64,000 nt of DNA from Laetmonice hystrix (taxonomy: Eukaryota): NCBI GenBank assembly GCA_965235115.1, contig OZ249436.1:3722001-3786000 (forward strand). Direction: 5' to 3'. Under the pieces are notes generated by a model. The model ran no database searches and had not been told where the DNA came from. It saw nothing but the letters and a program-made list of their open reading frames with translations. Numbering within the stretch: position 1 is the stretch's first letter; each line of letters begins with the position of its first letter. The position numbers and the translations under genes were made by a program. Shown here piece after piece: positions 62,333-64,000 of the stretch.

Positions 62333-63575
62333 TTGATAAATAATCTGAGGCGGTGACAAGCCTCACTGTATGCCAGAAATCGCGATGATGTTCGAAATCG
62401 CGATGATATTCGATTGTTGAATGTTCGACTTCCTGGCGGTCACGCCAACCAATAAGTGTACTTGTTTTAAATATGGACGGCGATCAATAGGTGATATGGT
62501 CCATATCCAGCGAATATCCATACTATAGAAATCTGTGGGTAAAATGTCCACACCGCTATCACTACCTATGCTTGTAGTTTGTGTTGTCAAACTTTGACAT
62601 GCACAGTTATCCCATCTATCCCTACCTACCATGTATTGATCAGCTAATGCAAGTTCTACAACATGCGTTCGGTTTATCGAAATCATTTGGTCCTTCATTT
62701 ATTTACAAATTCAATGTTATTCACCGAAGCGAACATTTTGCCCTGCTGTATACCATTGAATTTGGTAGTTAAATACCAGAGTTCAGAACATGTGGTCCTT
62801 GGCTCTGCGACCTTAACGTGAGATATAGCTGGACGTCTCCAGGTTTATCTCTGGCTAGCACTAGAAATCTTCCCTACCTGTCGACGATGGCACATACTGC
62901 AAAGAAAAGAATACTTATATAACACCTACCACATGCAGACATAATGAATTAGTTGAGGGTAATCCTCCCAAATATTCCCAATCTGAGAAACCCCGAAAAG
63001 GTCATTGTTTTAAAAAAATACGAGTTATACGAGTTATTGGCATCCCTTGAATACGGAAAGGTCTGAATAGATTAAGGCTATAGAGTCTGCGATTCAAAAG
63101 TTGATTTGAAAGTACTATTTAAAATTGATCTTACTCTCGTAAAAATTAAATACAATTGATAAATTCGGGAGAATGCGCGTGTAGAGGAAAGTACTCACTG
63201 ATCTAGTGTCCTGGTGCCGCCTCACGTAGTCTTGGCCTGGTTGATTGAAGCCTGGTAATTCATGCCACCCGGCATATCAGTTCTCAGGCTAATCAGTTCA
63301 TCAGGCATATCAGTTCATCAGGCATATCGGCTCATGCATATTATCCTATCAGGCTCATCAGGATTTAAATCCATCAGGACATAACACTCCTTCCAGTAAG
63401 TAATCCATGAAAATTTACCTCCCTCCAGTAAGTAATCCATGAAGACGTACGGTATCAAAGTGGACTCATTCCTACTTGAGAGGCTCACTGCGGGAAATGG
63501 CAGAAGTCTCCCCGGAAGATGGCAGCACCATCTTAGGAAATGGTCTCCTCGAAAGAAGTCACTGAGAAGGCCACC

Positions 63576-64000
63576 TATATAATGGAAATATAGAAACATT
63601 AACATACAATGTTTATATAACGGAAATATAGATACATTAACATACTGGGGATATATGTTTATATAATGGAAGTATAGATACATTAACATACTAGGGATAC
63701 ATGTTTATATAATGGATAATATAGATACAATTAACATACTGAGGATACATGTTTATATAATGGAAATATAGATACATTAACATACTATGGATACATGTTT
63801 ATATAATGGAAATATAGATACATTAACATACTAGGGATACATGTTTATATAATGGATAATATAGATACATTAACATACTATGGATACATGTTTATATAAT
63901 GGATAATATAGATACATTAACATACTAGGGATACATGTTTATATAATGGAAATATAGATACATTAACATACTAGGGATACATGTTTATATAATGGAAATA
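63576..64000. repeat. 46-48-bp AT-rich minisatellite, runs off the window end
   Basis: atgtttatataatggaaatatagatacattaacatactagggatac x ~9. Confidence 0.93.

Overview
Eukaryotic (metazoan, probably invertebrate) genomic DNA with spliceosomal introns, a tRNA-derived SINE family, many MITEs and several satellites. It holds one recognisable housekeeping gene, GTPBP1 (+ strand, 9 coding exons, 29363-35187, 629 aa by my splicing). Directly downstream is a cluster of six intronless paralogues of an unrecognised ~106-aa protein that is basic at the N-terminus and acidic at the C-terminus. Two copies are on -, three intact copies are on +, and one + copy is a pseudogene. The standout observation is that every intact copy has a TATA-like box upstream and, ~30-45 nt after the stop, the hairpin GGCCCT-TGTC-AGGGCC followed by ACA and a purine-rich element. 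This is the 3' architecture of replication-dependent histone genes (SLBP stem-loop + U7 HDE), yet the protein is not a recognisable histone. The remainder is repeats: an 8-kb 23-bp satellite with higher-order structure, a 5.5-kb foldback carrying a 463-bp array of CTCF-like motifs, minisatellites that multiply GTPBP1 splice sites, a 6.5-kb CACTA-like element, a solo LTR, SINEs and nested MITEs. All calls were made by eye; no searches were run.
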